From the human T2T-CHM13v2.0 reference genome, Homo sapiens: 64,000 bases of DNA. Below, piece after piece: positions 13,971-29,600 of the stretch (the first letter of the stretch is position 1; each line of letters opens with the position of its first letter). Made by a program: the position numbers and the translations under genes. The stretch lies in assembly GCF_009914755.1 (NCBI RefSeq), contig NC_060933.1; one strand, given 5' to 3'. The notes beneath the pieces were generated by a model. The model ran no database searches. It was not told the DNA's origin and was given only the letters and a program-made list of their open reading frames with translations.

Positions 13971-16910
13971 ATGGAATCAACTCGATTGCAATGGAATGGA
14001 ATGGAATGGAATTAACCCAAATAGAATGGAATGGAATGGAATGGAACGGAATGGAATGGAATGGAATGGAATGGAATGGAATGGAACGGAACGGAACGGA
14101 ATGGAATGGAATGGAATGGAATGGAATGGAATGGAACGGAACGGAACGGAATGGAATGGAATGGAATGGAATGGAATGGAATGGAATGGAATCAACCCGA
14201 CTGCAGGGGAATGGAATGGAATGGAATGCAATGGAATGGATTCAACTTGAATGGAATGGAAAGAATGGAATCAACACGAGTGGAATGGCATGGATTGGAA
14301 TGGAATGGAATGGAATGAACCCGAGTACAGGGGAATGGAATGGAATGGAATGCAATGGAATGGAATCATCCGGAATGGAATGGAATGGAATGGAATGGAA
14401 TGGAATGGAATGGAATGGAATCAACTCGATTGCAATCGAATGGAATGGAATGGAATTAATCCGAATAGAATGGAATGGAATGGAATGGAACGGAACGGAA
14501 CAGAATGGAATGGAATGGAATGGAATGGAATGGAATGGAATGGAACGGAAAGGAATGGAATGGAATCGAATGGAATGGAATGGAATGGAATGGAATGGAA
14601 TCAACGCGAGTGCAGGGGAATGGAATGGAATGGAATGCAATGGAATGGAATCTTCCGGAATGGAATGGAATGGAATGGAATGGAATGGAATGGAATAAAC
14701 CCGAGTGCAATGGAATGGAGTGGAATGGAATGGAATGGAATGGAACAGCCCGAATGGAATGGAATGTAATGGAGAGTAAGGGAGTTGAATAGAATCAATC
14801 CGAATGTAATGGAATGGAATGGAACGGAATGGAATTGAATGGAATGGAATGGAATGCAATGGAATGGAATCAACCCGAGTGTAATGGAATGGAGAGGAAT
14901 GGAATGGAATGGAATGGAAACTTCCCGAATGGAATGGAATGTAATGGAGTGTAAGGGAATTGAATAGAATCAATCCGAATGTAATGGAATGGAATGGAAT
15001 GGAATGGAATGCAATGGAATGGAATCAACCCGAGTGCAATCGAATGGAATCGAATGGAATGGAATGCAATGGAATGGATTCAACTTGAATGGAATGGAAA
15101 GAATGGAATCAACACGAGTGGAAGGGCATGGATTAGAATGCAATGGAATGGAATCAACCCGAGTACAGGGGAATGGAATGGAATGGAATGCAATGGAATG
15201 GAATCAACACGATTGCAATCGAATGGAATGGAATGGAATTAACCCGAATAGAATGGAATGGAATGGAATGGAAGGGAACGGAATTGAATGGAATGGAATC
15301 AACCCGAGTGCAGGGGAATGGAATGGAATGGAATGCAATGGAATGGAATCATCCGGAATGGAATGGAATGGAATGGAATGCAAAGCAATGGAATCAACTC
15401 GATTGCAATGGAATGGAATTGAATGGAAAGGAATACATTGGAATCACCCCGAGTGGAATGGAATGGAAAGGACTGGAATGGAGTGGAATGTAATGGAATG
15501 GAATGGAATGGAATCAACTCGATTGGAATGGAATGGAATGGAATGGAATGGAATGGAATTAACCCGAATAGAATGGAATGGAATGGAATGGAACGGAACG
15601 GAACGGAACGGAATGGAATGGAATGGAATGGAATGGAATGGAATGGAATCAACCCGACTGCAGGGGAATGGAATGGAATGGAATGCAATGGAATGGATTC
15701 AACTTGAATGGAATGGAAAGAATGGAATCAACACGAGTGGAATGGCATGGATTGGAATGGAATGGAATGGAATCAACCCGAGTACAGGGGAATGGAATGG
15801 AATGGAATGCAATGGAATGGAATCATCCGTAATGGAATGGAAAGGAATGGAATGGAATGGAATGGAATGGAATGGAATGGAATCAACTCGATTGCAGTCG
15901 AATGGAATGGAATGGAATTAACCCGAATAGAATGGAATGGAATGGAATGGAACGGAACGGAACGGAACGGAACGGAATGGAATGGAATGGAATGGAATGG
16001 AACGGAAAGGAATGGAATGGAATGGAATGGAATGGAATGGAATGGAATGGAATGGAATCAACGCGAGTGCAGGGGAATGGAATGGAATGGAATGCAATGG
16101 AATGGAATCTTCCTGAATGGAATGGAATAGAATGGAATGGAATGGAATAAACCCGAGTGCAATGGAATGGAGTGGAATGGAATGGAATGGAATGGAACAA
16201 CCCGAATGGAATGGAATGTAATGCAGAGTAAGGGAGTTGAATAGAATCAATCCGAATGTAATGGAATGGAATGGAAAGGAATCGAGTTGAATGGAATGGA
16301 ATGGAATGCAATGGAATGGAATCAACCCGAGTGCAATGGAATGGAGAGGAATGCAATGGAATGGAATGGAAACTACCCGAATGGAATGGAATGTAATGGA
16401 GTGTAAGGGAATTGAATAGAATCAATCCGAATGTAATGGAATGGAATGGAACGGAATGGAATGGAATGGAATGGAATGGAATGGAATGGAATGGAATGCA
16501 ATGGAATGGAATCAACCCGAGTGCAATCGAATGGAATCGAATGGAATGGAATGCAATGGAATGGATTCAACTTGAATGGAATGGAAAGAATGGAATCAAC
16601 ACGAGTGGAAGGGCATGGATTGGAATGCAATGGAATGGAATCAACCTGAGTACAGGGGAATGGAATGGAATGGAATGCAATGGAATGGAATCATCCGTAA
16701 TGGAATGGAAAGGAATGGAATGGAATGGAATGGAATGGAATGGAATGGAATCAACTCGATTGCAATCGAATGGAATGGAATGGAATTAACCCAAATAGAA
16801 TGGAATGGAATGGAATGGAACGGAACGGAATGGAATGGAATGGAATGGAATGGAATGGAATGGAATGGAATGGAACGGAACGGAACGGAATGGAATGGAA
16901 TGGAATGGAA
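11340..16910 (+). repeat. Tandem duplication, ~2.79-kb unit, overlapping the previous one
   Basis: AACCCGACTG 11411/14194, AACAGCCCG 11955/14744, GATTAGAATGC 12332/15131, TTGCAGTCG 13093/15892, AAAGGAATCGAGTTG 13496/16275, AACCCAAATAG 14014/16788. Confidence 0.85.
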
Positions 16911-19900
16911 TGGAATGGAATGGAATCAACGCGAGTGCAGGGGAATGGAATGGAATGGAATGGAATGGAATGGAATCAACGCGAGTGCAGGGGAATGGAA
17001 TGGAATGGAATGCAATGGAATGGAACCTTCCGGAATGGAATGGAATGGAATGGAATGGAATGGAATGGAATGGAATCAACCCGAGTGCAATGGAATGGAG
17101 TGGAATGGAATGGAATGGAATGGAACAACCCGAATGGAATGGAATGTAATGGAGAGTAATGGAGTTGAATAGAATCAATCCGAATGTAATGGAATGGAAT
17201 GGAACGGAATGGAATTGAATGGAATGGAATGGAATGCAATGGAATGGAATCAACCCGAGTTCAATGGAATGGAGAGGAATGGAATGGAATGGAATGGAAA
17301 TTACCCGAATGGAATGTAATGTAATGGAGTGTAAGGGAATTGAATAGAATCAATCCGAATGTAATGGAATGGAATGGAACAGAATGGAATGGAATGGAAT
17401 GGAATGGAATGGAATGGAATGCAATGGAATGGAATCACCCCGAGTGCAATCGAATGGAATCGAATGGAATGGAATGCAATGGAATGGATTCAACTTGAAT
17501 GGAATGGAAAGAATGGAATCAACACGAGTGGAATGGCATGGATTGGAATGGAATGGAATGGAATCAACCCGAGTACAGGGGAATGGAATGGAATGGAATG
17601 CAATGGAATGGAATCATCCGTAATGGAATGGAAAGGAATGGAATGGAATGGAATGGAATGGAATGGAATGGAATGGAATCAACCCGAGTGCAGGGGAATG
17701 GAATGGAATGCAATGGAATGGAATGGAATGGAATGGAGTGGAATGGAATGGAATCAACCCGAGTGCAGGGGAATGGAATGGAATGGAATGCAATGGAATG
17801 GAATCATCCGGAATGGAATGGAATGGAATGGAATGCAAAGCAATGGAATCAACTCGATTGCAATGGAATGGAATGGAATGGAAAGGAATACATTGGAATC
17901 AACCCGAGTTGAATGGAATGGAAAGGACTGGAATGGAGTGGAATGGAATGGAATGCAATGGAATGGAATGGAATGGAATCAACTTGATTGGAATGGAATG
18001 GAATGGAATGGAATGGAATGGAATGGAATGGAATGGAATCAACCCGACTGCAGGGGAATGGAATGGAATGGAATGCAATGGAATGGATTCAACTTGAATG
18101 GAATGGAAAGAATGGAATCAACACGAGTGGAATGGCATGGATTGGAATGGAATGGAATGGAATCAACCCGAGTACAGGGGAATGGAATGGAATGGAATGC
18201 AATGGAATGGAATCATCCGTAATGGAATGGAAAGGAATGGAATGGAATGGAATGGAATGGAATGGAATCAACTCGATTGCAATCGAATGGAATGGAATGG
18301 AATTAACCCGAATAGAATGGAATGGAATGGAATGGAACGGAACGGAATGGAATGGAATGGAATGGAATGGAATGGAAAAGAACGGAATGGAATGGAATGG
18401 AATGGAATGGAATGGAATCAACGCGAGTGCATGGGAATGGAATGGAATGGAATGAAATGGAATGGAATCTTCCGGAATGGAATGGAATTGAATGGAATGG
18501 AATGGAATGGTATGGAATAAAGCCGAGTACAATGGAATGGAGTGGAATGGCATGGAATGGAATGGAACAACCCGAATGGAATGGAATGTAATGGAGAGTA
18601 AGGGAGTTGAATAGAATCAATCCGAATGTAATGGAATGGAATGGAAAGGAATCGAGTTGAATGGAATGGAATGGAATGCAATGGAATGGAATCAACCCGA
18701 GTGCAATGGAATGGAGAGGAATGCAATGGAATGGAATGGAAACTACCCGAATGGAATGGAATGTAATGGAGTGTAAGGGAATTGAATAGAATCAATCCGA
18801 ATGTAATGGAATGGAATGGAACGGAATGGAATGGAATGGAATGGAATGGAATGGAATGGAATGGAATGCAATGGAATGGAATCAACCCGAGTGCAATCGA
18901 ATGGAATCGAATGGAATGGAATGCAATGGAATGGATTCAACTTGAATGGAATGGAAAGAATGGAATCAACACGAGTGGAAGGGCATGGATTGGAATGCAA
19001 TGGAATGGAATCAACCTGAGTACAGGGGAATGGAATGGAATGGAATGCAATGGAATGGAATCATCGGTAATGGAATGGAAAGGAATGGAATGGAATGGAA
19101 TGGAATGGAATGGAATGGAATGGAATGGAATCAACTCGATTGCAATCGAATGGAATGGAATGGAATTAACCCAAATAGAATGGAATGGAATGGAATGGAA
19201 CGGAACGGAATGGAATGGAATGGAATGGAATGGAATGGAATGGAATGGAATGGAACGGAACGGAACGGAATGGAATGGAATGGAATGGAATGGAATGGAA
19301 TGGAATCAACGCGAGTGCAGGGGAATGGAATGGAATGGAATGGAATGGAATGGAATCAACGCGAGTGCAGGGGAATGGAATGGAATGGAATGCAATGGAA
19401 TGGAATCTTCCGGAATGGAATGGAATGGAATGGAATGGAATGGAATGGAATGGAATCAACCCGAGTGCAATGGAATGGAGTGGAATGGAATGGAATGGAA
19501 TGGAACAACCCGAATGGAATGGAATGTAATGGAGAGTAATGGAGTTGAATAGAATCAATCCGAATGTAATGGAATGGAATGGAACGGAATGGAATTGAAT
19601 GGAATGGAATGGAATGCAATGGAATGGAATCAACCCGAGTTCAATGGAATGGAGAGGAATGGAATGGAATGGAATGGAAATTACCCGAATGGAATGTAAT
19701 GTAATGGAGTGTAAGGGAATTGAATAGAATCAATCCGAATGTAATGGAATGGAATGGAACAGAATGGAATGGAATGGAATGGAATGGAATGGAATGGAAT
19801 GCAATGGAATGGAATCACCCCGAGTGCAATCGAATGGAATCGAATGGAATGGAATGCAATGGAATGGATTCAACTTGAATGGAATGGAAAGAATGGAATC

Positions 19901-22900
19901 AACACGAGTGGAATGGCATGGATTGGAATGGAATGGAATGGAATCAACCCGAGTACAGGGGAATGGAATGGAATGGAATGCAATGGAATGGAATCATCCG
20001 TAATGGAATGGAAAGGAATGGAATGGAATGGAATGGAATGGAATGGAATGGAATGGAATCAACCCGAGTGCAGGGGAATGGAATGGAATGCAATGGAATG
20101 GAATGGAATGGAATGGAGTGGAATGGAATGGAATCAACCCGAGTGCAGGGGAATGGAATGGAATGGAATGCAATGGAATGGAATCATCCGGAATGGAATG
20201 GAATGGAATGGAATGCAAAGCAATGGAATCAACTCGATTGCAATGGAATGGAATGGAATGGAAAGGAATACATTGGAATCAACCCGAGTTGAATGGAATG
20301 GAAAGGACTGGAATGGAGTGGAATGGAATGGAATGCAATGGAATGGAATGGAATGGAATCAACTTGATTGGAATGGAATGGAATGGAATGGAATGGAATG
20401 GAATGGAATGGAATCAACCCGACTGCAGGGGAATGGAATGGAATGGAATGCAATGGAATGGATTCAACTTGAATGGAATGGAAAGAATGGAATCAACACG
20501 AGTGGAATGGCATGGATTGGAATGGAATGGAATGGAATCAACCCGAGTACAGGGGAATGGAATGGAATGGAATGCAATGGAATGGAATCATCCGTAATGG
20601 AATGGAAAGGAATGGAATGGAATGGAATGGAATGGAATGGAATCAACTCGATTGCAATCGAATGGAATGGAATGGAATTAACCCGAATAGAATGGAATGG
20701 AATGGAATGGAACGGAACGGAATGGAATGGAATGGAATGGAATGGAATGGAACGGAACGGAATGGAATGGAATGGAATGGAATGGAATGGAATCAACGCG
20801 AGTGCAGGGGAATGGAATGGAATGGAATGAAATGGAATGGAATCTTCCGGAATGGAATGGAATTGAATGGAATGGAATGGAATGGTATGGAATAAAGCCG
20901 AGTACAATGGAATGGAGTGGAATGGAATGGAATGGAATGGAACAACCCGAATGGAATGGAATGTAATGGAGAGTAAGGGAGTTGAATAGAATCAATCCGA
21001 ATGTAATGGAATGGAATGGAAAGGAATCGAGTTGAATGGAATGGAATGGAATGCAATGGAATGGAATCAACCCGAGTGCAATGGAATGGAGAGGAATGCA
21101 ATGGAATGGAATGGAAACTACCCGAATGGAATGGAATGTAATGGAGTGTAAGGGAATTGAATAGAATCAATCCGAATGTAATGGAATGGAATGGAACGGA
21201 ATGGAATGGAATGGAATGGAATGGAATGGAATGGAATGGAATGGAATGCAATGGAATGGAATCAACCCGAGTGCAATCGAATGGAATCGAATGGAATGGA
21301 ATGCAATGGAATGGATTCAACTTGAATGGAATGGAAAGAATGGAATCAACACGAGTGGAAGGGCATGGATTGGAATGCAATGGAATGGAATCAACCTGAG
21401 TACAGGGGAATGGAATGGAATGGAATGCAATGGAATGGAATCATCCGTAATGGAATGGAAAGGAATGGAATGGAATGGAATGGAATGGAATGGAATGGAA
21501 TGGAATCAACTCGATTGCAATCGAATGGAATGGAATGGAATTAACCCAAATAGAATGGAATGGAATGGAATGGAACGGAACGGAATGGAATGGAATGGAA
21601 TGGAATGGAATGGAATGGAATGGAACGGAACGGAACGGAATGGAATGGAATGGAATGGAATGGAATGGAATGGAATCAACGCGAGTGCAGGGGAATGGAA
21701 TGGAATGGAATGGAATGGAATGGAATCAACGCGAGTGCAGGGGAATGGAATGGAATGGAATGCAATGGAATGGAATCTTCCAGAATGGAATGGAATGGAA
21801 TGGAATGGAATGGAATGGAATGGAATCAACCCGAGTGCAATGGAATGGAGTGGAATGGAATGGAATGGAATGGAACAACCCGAATGGAATGGAATGTAAT
21901 GGAGAGTAATGGAGTTGAATAGAATCAATCCGAATGTAATGGAATGGAATGGAACGGAATGGAATTGAATGGAATGGAATGGAATGCAATGGAATGGAAT
22001 CAACCCGAGTTCAATGGAATGGAGAGGAATGGAATGGAATGGAATGGAAATTACCCGAATGGAATGTAATGTAATGGAGTGTAAGGGAATTGAATAGAAT
22101 CAATCCGAATGTAATGGAATGGAATGGAACAGAATGGAATGGAATGGAATGGAATGGAATGGAATGGAATGCAATGGAATGGAATCACCCCGAGTGCAAT
22201 CGAATGGAATCGAATGGAATGGAATGCAATGGAATGGATTCAACTTGAATGGAATGGAAAGAATGGAATCAACACGAGTGGAATGGCATGGATTGGAATG
22301 GAATGGAATGGAATCAACCCGAGTACAGGGGAATGCAATGGAATGGAATGCAATGGAATGGAATCATCCGTAATGGAATGGAAAGGAATGGAATGGAATG
22401 GAATGGAATGGAATGGAATGGAATGGAATCAACCCGAGTGCAGGGGAATGGAATGGAATGCAATGGAATGGAATGGAATGGAATGGAGTGGAATGGAATG
22501 GAATCAACCCGAGTGCAGGGGAATGGAATGGAATGGAATGCAATGGAATGGAATCATCCGGAATGGAATGGAATGGAATGGAATGCAAAGCAATGGAATC
22601 AACTCGATTGCAATGGAATGGAATGGAATGGAAAGGAATACATTGGAATCAACCCGAGTTGAATGGAATGGAAAGGACTGGAATGGAGTGGAATGGAATG
22701 GAATGCAATGGAATGGAATGGAATGGAATCAACTTGATTGGAATGGAATGGAATGGAATGGAATGGAATGGAATGGAATGGAATCAACCCGACTGCAGGG
22801 GAATGGAATGGAATGGAATGCAATGGAATGGATTCAACTTGAATGGAATGGAAAGAATGGAATCAACACGAGTGGAATGGCATGGATTGGAATGGAATGG

Positions 22901-23345
22901 AATGGAATCAACCCGAGTACAGGGGAATGGAATGGAATGGAATGCAATGGAATGGAATCATCCGTAATGGAATGGAAAGGAATGGAATGGAATGGAATGG
23001 AATGGAATGGAATCAACTCGATTGCAATCGAATGGAATGGAATGGAATTAACCCGAATAGAATGGAATGGAATGGAATGGAACGGAACGGAATGGAATGG
23101 AATGGAATGGAATGGAATGGAACGGAACGGAATGGAATGGAATGGAATGGAATGGAATGGAATGGAATCAACGCGAGTGCAGGGGAATGGAACGGAATGG
23201 AATGAAATGGAATGGAATCTTCCGGAATGGAATGGAATTGAATGGAATGGAATGGAATGGTATGGAATAAAGCCGAGTACAATGGAATGGAGTGGAATGG
23301 AATGGAATGGAATGGAACAACCCGAATGGAATGGAATGTAATGGA
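16230..23345 (+). repeat. Three near-identical tandem copies of a ~2.375-kb higher-order unit
   Basis: TTACCCGAATGGAATGTAATGTAAT 17301/19681/22051, AACTTGATTG 17981/20361/22731, AGCCGAGTAC 18521/20896/23271. ORF starts 17374/19754/22124 show the same spacing. Confidence 0.92.
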
Positions 23346-26300
23346 GACTAAGGGAGTTGAATAGAATCAATCCAAATGTAATGGAATGGAATGGAACGGA
23401 ATGGAATTGAATGGAATGGAATGGAATGCAATGGAATGGAAACTTCCGGAATGGAATGGAATGGAATGGAATGGAATGAAATGCAATGGATTCAACTCGA
23501 TTGCAATGGAATGGAATAGAACGGAATGGAATGGAATGGAATGGAACTAATCCGAATAGAATGGAATGGAATGGAATGGGATTAACCTGAATAGAATGGA
23601 ATGGAATGGAATGGAACGGAATGGAACGGAATGGAATGGAATGCAATGGAATGGAATGGAACGGAATGGAATGGTATGGAATGGAATGGAATGGTACGGA
23701 ATAGAATGGAATGGAACGAATTGTAATGGAATGGAATTGAATGGAACGGAATGGAATGGAATGGAATCAACGTGTGCGCAGGGGAATGTAATGGAACGGA
23801 ATGCAATGGAATGGAATCATCCGGAATGGAATGGAATGGAATGGAATGGAATGGAATGGAATGGAATGGAACAACCCGAATGGAATGGAATATAATGGAG
23901 AGTAAGGGAGTTGAATAGAATCAATCGGAATGTAATGGAATGGAATGCAACGGAATGGAATGGAATGGAATGGAATGGAATGGAAGGGAATGCAAAGGAA
24001 TGGAATCAACCCGAGTGGAATGGCATGGATTGGAATGCAATGGAATGGAATGGAATGGTATCAACTCGAGTAGAAAGGAATGGAATGGAATGGAAAGGAA
24101 TGGAATGAAATCAACTCGAGTGGAATGGAATGGAATGGATTGGAATGGATTGCAATGGAATGAAATGGAATGGAATGGAATGGAATCAATCATTCCGAGT
24201 GGAATGGAAGGGAATGTAAAAGAGTGGAAAGAAGGGAATGGAATCAACCCGATTGGAATGCAAGGCAATGGAATGGAATGGAAAGGAATGGAATGGAATC
24301 AACTCGATTGCAATGGAATGGAATGGAATGGAATGGAATGGAATGGAATTAACCGGAATAGAATGGAATGCAATGGAATGGAACGGAATGGAATGGAATA
24401 GAAGGTAATGGAATCAACACGAGTGCAGGGGAATGGAATGGAATGGAATGCAATGGAATGGAATCATCCGGAATGGAATGGAATGGAATGGAATCAATCC
24501 GAGTGCAATGGAATGGAGTGGAATGGAATGGAATGGAATGGAACAACCCGAATGGAATGGAATGTAATGGAGAGTAAGGGAGTTGAATAGAATCAATCCG
24601 AATGTAATGGAATGGAATGCAACGGAATGGAATGGAATGGAATGGAATGGAATGCAATGGAATGGAATCAACCCGAGTACAATGGTATGGAATGGACTGG
24701 AATGGAATGGAATGGAATGGAATGGAATGGAATGGAATGCCTTCAAACCGAATGGAATGGAAAGGAATGAAATCAACACGAGTGGAATGGAATGGAAAGG
24801 AATGGAATGGAATGATACGGAATAGAATGGAATGGAACGAAATGGAATGGAATGGAATGGAATGGAATGGAATGGAATGGAATGGAATCGTTCCGAGTGG
24901 AACAGGAGGGAATGTATTCGAGTGGAATGGAAAGGAATGGAATCAACCAGAGTGGAATGGAAGGGAATGGAATGGAATGGAAACTAATAGAATGGAATCA
25001 ACCCGAGTGGAATGGAATGGAATGGAATGGAAAGGAATAGAATGGAATCAACCCGAGTGTAATGGAATGGAAAGGACTGGAATGGAGTGGAATGGAATGG
25101 AATGGAATGGAATGGAATCAACTCGATTGGAATGGAATGGAATGGAATGGAATGGAATGGAATGGAATTAACCCGAATAGAATGGAATGGAATGGAATTG
25201 AACGGAATGGAATGGAATGGAACGGAATGGAATGGAATGGAATGGAATCAACCCGACTGCAGAGGAATGGAATGGAATGGAATGGAATGGAATGGAATCA
25301 TCCGGAACGGAATGGAATGGAATGGAATGGAAGCAAATCGATTGCAATGGAATGGAATGGAATGGAATGGAATCGAATGGAATGGAATGGAATTAACCGG
25401 AATAGAATGGAATGGAATGGAATGGAACGGAATGGAATGGAATGGAATGGAATGGAATCAACCCGAGTGCAGGGGAATGGAATGGAATGGAATGCAATGG
25501 AATGGAATCATCCGGAATGGAATGGAATGGAATGGAATGCAATCAACCTGACGCAGTGGAATGGAGTGGAATGGAATGGAATGGAATGGAATGGAATGGA
25601 ATGGAGTGTAAGGGAATTGAATAGATTCAATCCGAATGTAATGGAATGGAATGGAATGAAATGGAATGGAATGGAATGGAATGGAATCAACCCGAGTGCA
25701 ATGGAATGGATTCGAATGGAATAGAATGGAATGGAATGGATTCAACAAGAATGGAATGGAAAGGAATGGAATCAACCCGAGTGTAATGGCATGGAATGGA
25801 ATGGAATGGAATGGGAATGAATGGAATGGTACGGAATAGAATGGAATGGAATGAAATGGAATGGAATGGAATGGAATGGAATGAACCCGTGTGCAATGGA
25901 ATGGAATGGAATGGAATGGAATGGATTCAACTCGAATGGAATCAACTCGATTGCAATGGAATGGAATGGAATTGAAAGGAATAGAATGGAATCAACCCGA
26001 GTGGAATGGAATGGAAAGGACTGGAATGGAGTGGAATGGAATGGAATGGAATAGAATTAACCCGAATACAATGGAATGGAATGGAATGGAACGGAATGGA
26101 GTGGAATGGAATAGAATCAACCCTAGTGCAGGGGAAAGGAATGGAATGGAAAGTAATGGAATGGAATCATCCGGAATGGAATGGAATGGAATGGAATGCA
26201 AAGCAATGGAATCAACTCGATTACAATGGAATGGAATGGAATGGAAAGGAATAGAATGGAATCAACCCGAGTGTAATGGAATGGAAAGGACTGGAATGGA

Positions 26301-26699
26301 GTGGAATGGAATGGAATGGAATGGAATGGAATCAACTCGATTGGAATGGAATGGAATGGAATGGAATGGAATGGAATGGAATGGAATTAACCCGAATAGA
26401 ATGGAATGGAATGGAATTGAACGGAATGGAATGGAATGGAATGGAATGGAATGGAATGGAATGGAATGGAATCAACCCGACTGCAGAGGAATGGAATGGA
26501 ATGGAATGGAATGGAATGGAATGGAATCATCCGGAACGGAATGGAATGGATTGGAATGGAATCAACTCGATTGCAATGGAATGGAATGGAATGGAATGGA
26601 ATCAACCCGAGTGCAATGGAATGGATTCGAATGGAATAGAATGGAATGGAATGGATTCAACAAGAATGGAATGGAAAGGAATGGAATCAACCCGAGTGG

Positions 26700-29600
26700 A
26701 ATGGCATGGAATGGAATGGAATGGAATGGAGTGGAATTGAATGGAATGGAATGGCTTCAAACCGAATGGAATGGAAAGGAATGGAATCAACACAAGTGAA
26801 ATGGAATGGAATGGAATGGAAACAACCAGAATGGATTGGAATATAATGGAGTGTAAGGGAATTGAATAGAATCAATATGAATGTAATGAAATGGAATGGA
26901 ACGGAATGGAATGGAATGGAATTGAATGGAATGGAATGGAATGCAATGGAATGGAATCAACCCGACTGCAATCGAATGGAATCGAATGGAATGGAATGCA
27001 ATGGAATGGATTCAACTTGAATGGAATGGAAAGAATGGAGTCAACACGAGTGGAGTGGCATGGAATGGAATGGAATTGAATGGAATCAACCCGAGTACAG
27101 GGGAATAGAATGGAATGGAATGCAATGGAATGGAATCATCCGTAATGGAATGGAAAGGAATGGAATGGAATGGAATGGAATGGAATGGAATCGAATGGAA
27201 TGAAATGGCATCAACTCAATTGTAATCGAATGGAATGGAATGGAATTAACCCGAATAGAATGGAATGGAATGGAATGGAACGGAACGGAATGGAACGGAA
27301 TGGAATGGAATGGAATGGAATGGAACGGAAAGGAATGGAATGGAATGGAATGGAATGGAATGGATTCAACGCGAGTGCAGGGGAATGGAATGGAATGGAA
27401 TGCAATGGAATGCAATCTTCCGAAATGGAATGGAATGGAATGCAATGGATTCAACTCGATTGCAATGGAGTGGAATAGAATGGAATGGAACGGAATGGAA
27501 CGGAATTAACCCGAATAGAATGGAATGGAATGGAATGGAACGGAACGGAACGGAACGGAACGGAATGGAATGGAATGGAATGGAATGGAATGGAATTGTA
27601 TGGAATGGAATGGAATGGTACGGAATAGAATGGAATGGAAGAATTGGAATGGAATGGAATCGAATGGAATGGTATGGAATGGAATGGAATGGAATGGAAT
27701 CAACCCGAGTGCAGGGGAATGTAATGGAACGGAATGCAATGGAATGGAATCATCCGGAATGGAATGGAATGGAATGGAATGCAATGGAATGTAAACATCC
27801 GTAATGGAATGGAAAGGAATGGAATGGAATGGAATGGAATGGAATGGAATGGAATGCAATGGAATGGAATGGAATGGAATCAACCCGATTGCAATCGAAT
27901 GGAATGGAATGGAATTAACCCGAATAGAATGGAATGGAAAGGAATGGAACGGAATGGAATGGAATGGAATGGAATGCAATGGAATGGAAAGGAATGAAGT
28001 GGAATGGAATGGAATGGCATGGAATGGAATCAACGCGAGTGCAGGGGAATGGAATGGAATCGAATGGAATGGAATGGAATGGAATGGAATCAACCCGAAT
28101 GCAGGGGAATGTAATGGAACTGAATGCAATGGAATGGAATCTTCCGGAATGCAATGGAATGGAATGGAATGGAATGGAATGCAATGGAATGGTATGGAGT
28201 GGAATGCAATGGAATGGAATCAACGCGAGTGCAGGGTAATGTAATGGAACGGAATGCAATGGAATGGAATCATCCGGAATGGAATGGAATGGAATGGAAT
28301 GGAATGGAATGGAATGGAATCAACCCGAGTGCAATGGAATGTAGTGGAATGGAATGGAATGGAATGGAACAACCCGAATGGAATGGAATGTAATGGAGAG
28401 TAACGGAGTTGAATAGAATCAATCCGAATGTAATGGAATGGAATGGAACGGAATGGAATGGAACGGAATGGAATGCAATGGAATGGAATCAAGCCGAGTA
28501 CAATGGAATGGAATGGAATGGAATGGAATGGAATGGAATGGAATGGAATGGAATGGAGTGGAATTGAATGGAATGGAATGGCTTCAAACCTAATGGAATG
28601 GAAAGGAATGGAATCAACACGAGTGAAATGGAATGGAATGGAATGGAAACAACCAGAATGGATTGGAATATAATGGAGTGTAAGGGAATTGAATAGAATC
28701 AATCTGAATGTAATGAAATGGAATGGAACGGAATGGAATGGAATGGAATGGAATGGAATGGAATGGAATGCAATTGAATGGAATCAACCCGAGTGCAATC
28801 GAATGGAATCGAATGGAATGGAATGCAATGGAAGGGATTCAACTTGAATGGAATGGAAAGAATGGAATCAACACGAGTGGAATGGCATGGATTGGAATGG
28901 AATGGAATGGAATCAACCCGAGTACAGGGGAATGGAATGGAATGGAATGAAATGGAATGGAATCATCCGTAATGTAATGGAAAGGAATGGAATGGAATGG
29001 AATGGAATGGAATGGAATGGAATAGAATCAACTCGATTGCAATCGAATGGAATGGAATGGAATTAACCCGAAAGAATGGAATGGAATGGAATGGAATGGA
29101 ACGGAACGGAATGGAATGGAATGGAATGGAACGGAACGGAACGGAACGGAATGGAATGGAATGGAATGGAATGGAATGGAATCAACGTGAGTGCACGGGA
29201 ATGGATTGGAATGGAATGCAATGGAATGGAATCTTCCGGAATGGAATGGAATGGAATGGAATGGAATGGAATCAACCCGAGTACAGGGGAATGGAATGGA
29301 ATGGAATGCAATGGAATGGAATCATCCGTAATGGAATGGAAAGGAATGGAATGGAATGGAATGGAATGGAATGGAATGGAATTAACTCGATTGCAATCGA
29401 ATGGAATGGAATGGAATTAACCCGAATAGAATGGAATGGAATGGAACGGAACGGAATGCAATGGAATGGCATCAACCCGAGTACAATGGAATGGAATGGA
29501 ATGGAATCGTATGGAATGGAATGGAATGGAGTGGAATTGAATGGAATGGAATGGCTTCAAACCGAATGGAATGGAAAGGAATGGAATCAACACAGGTGAA

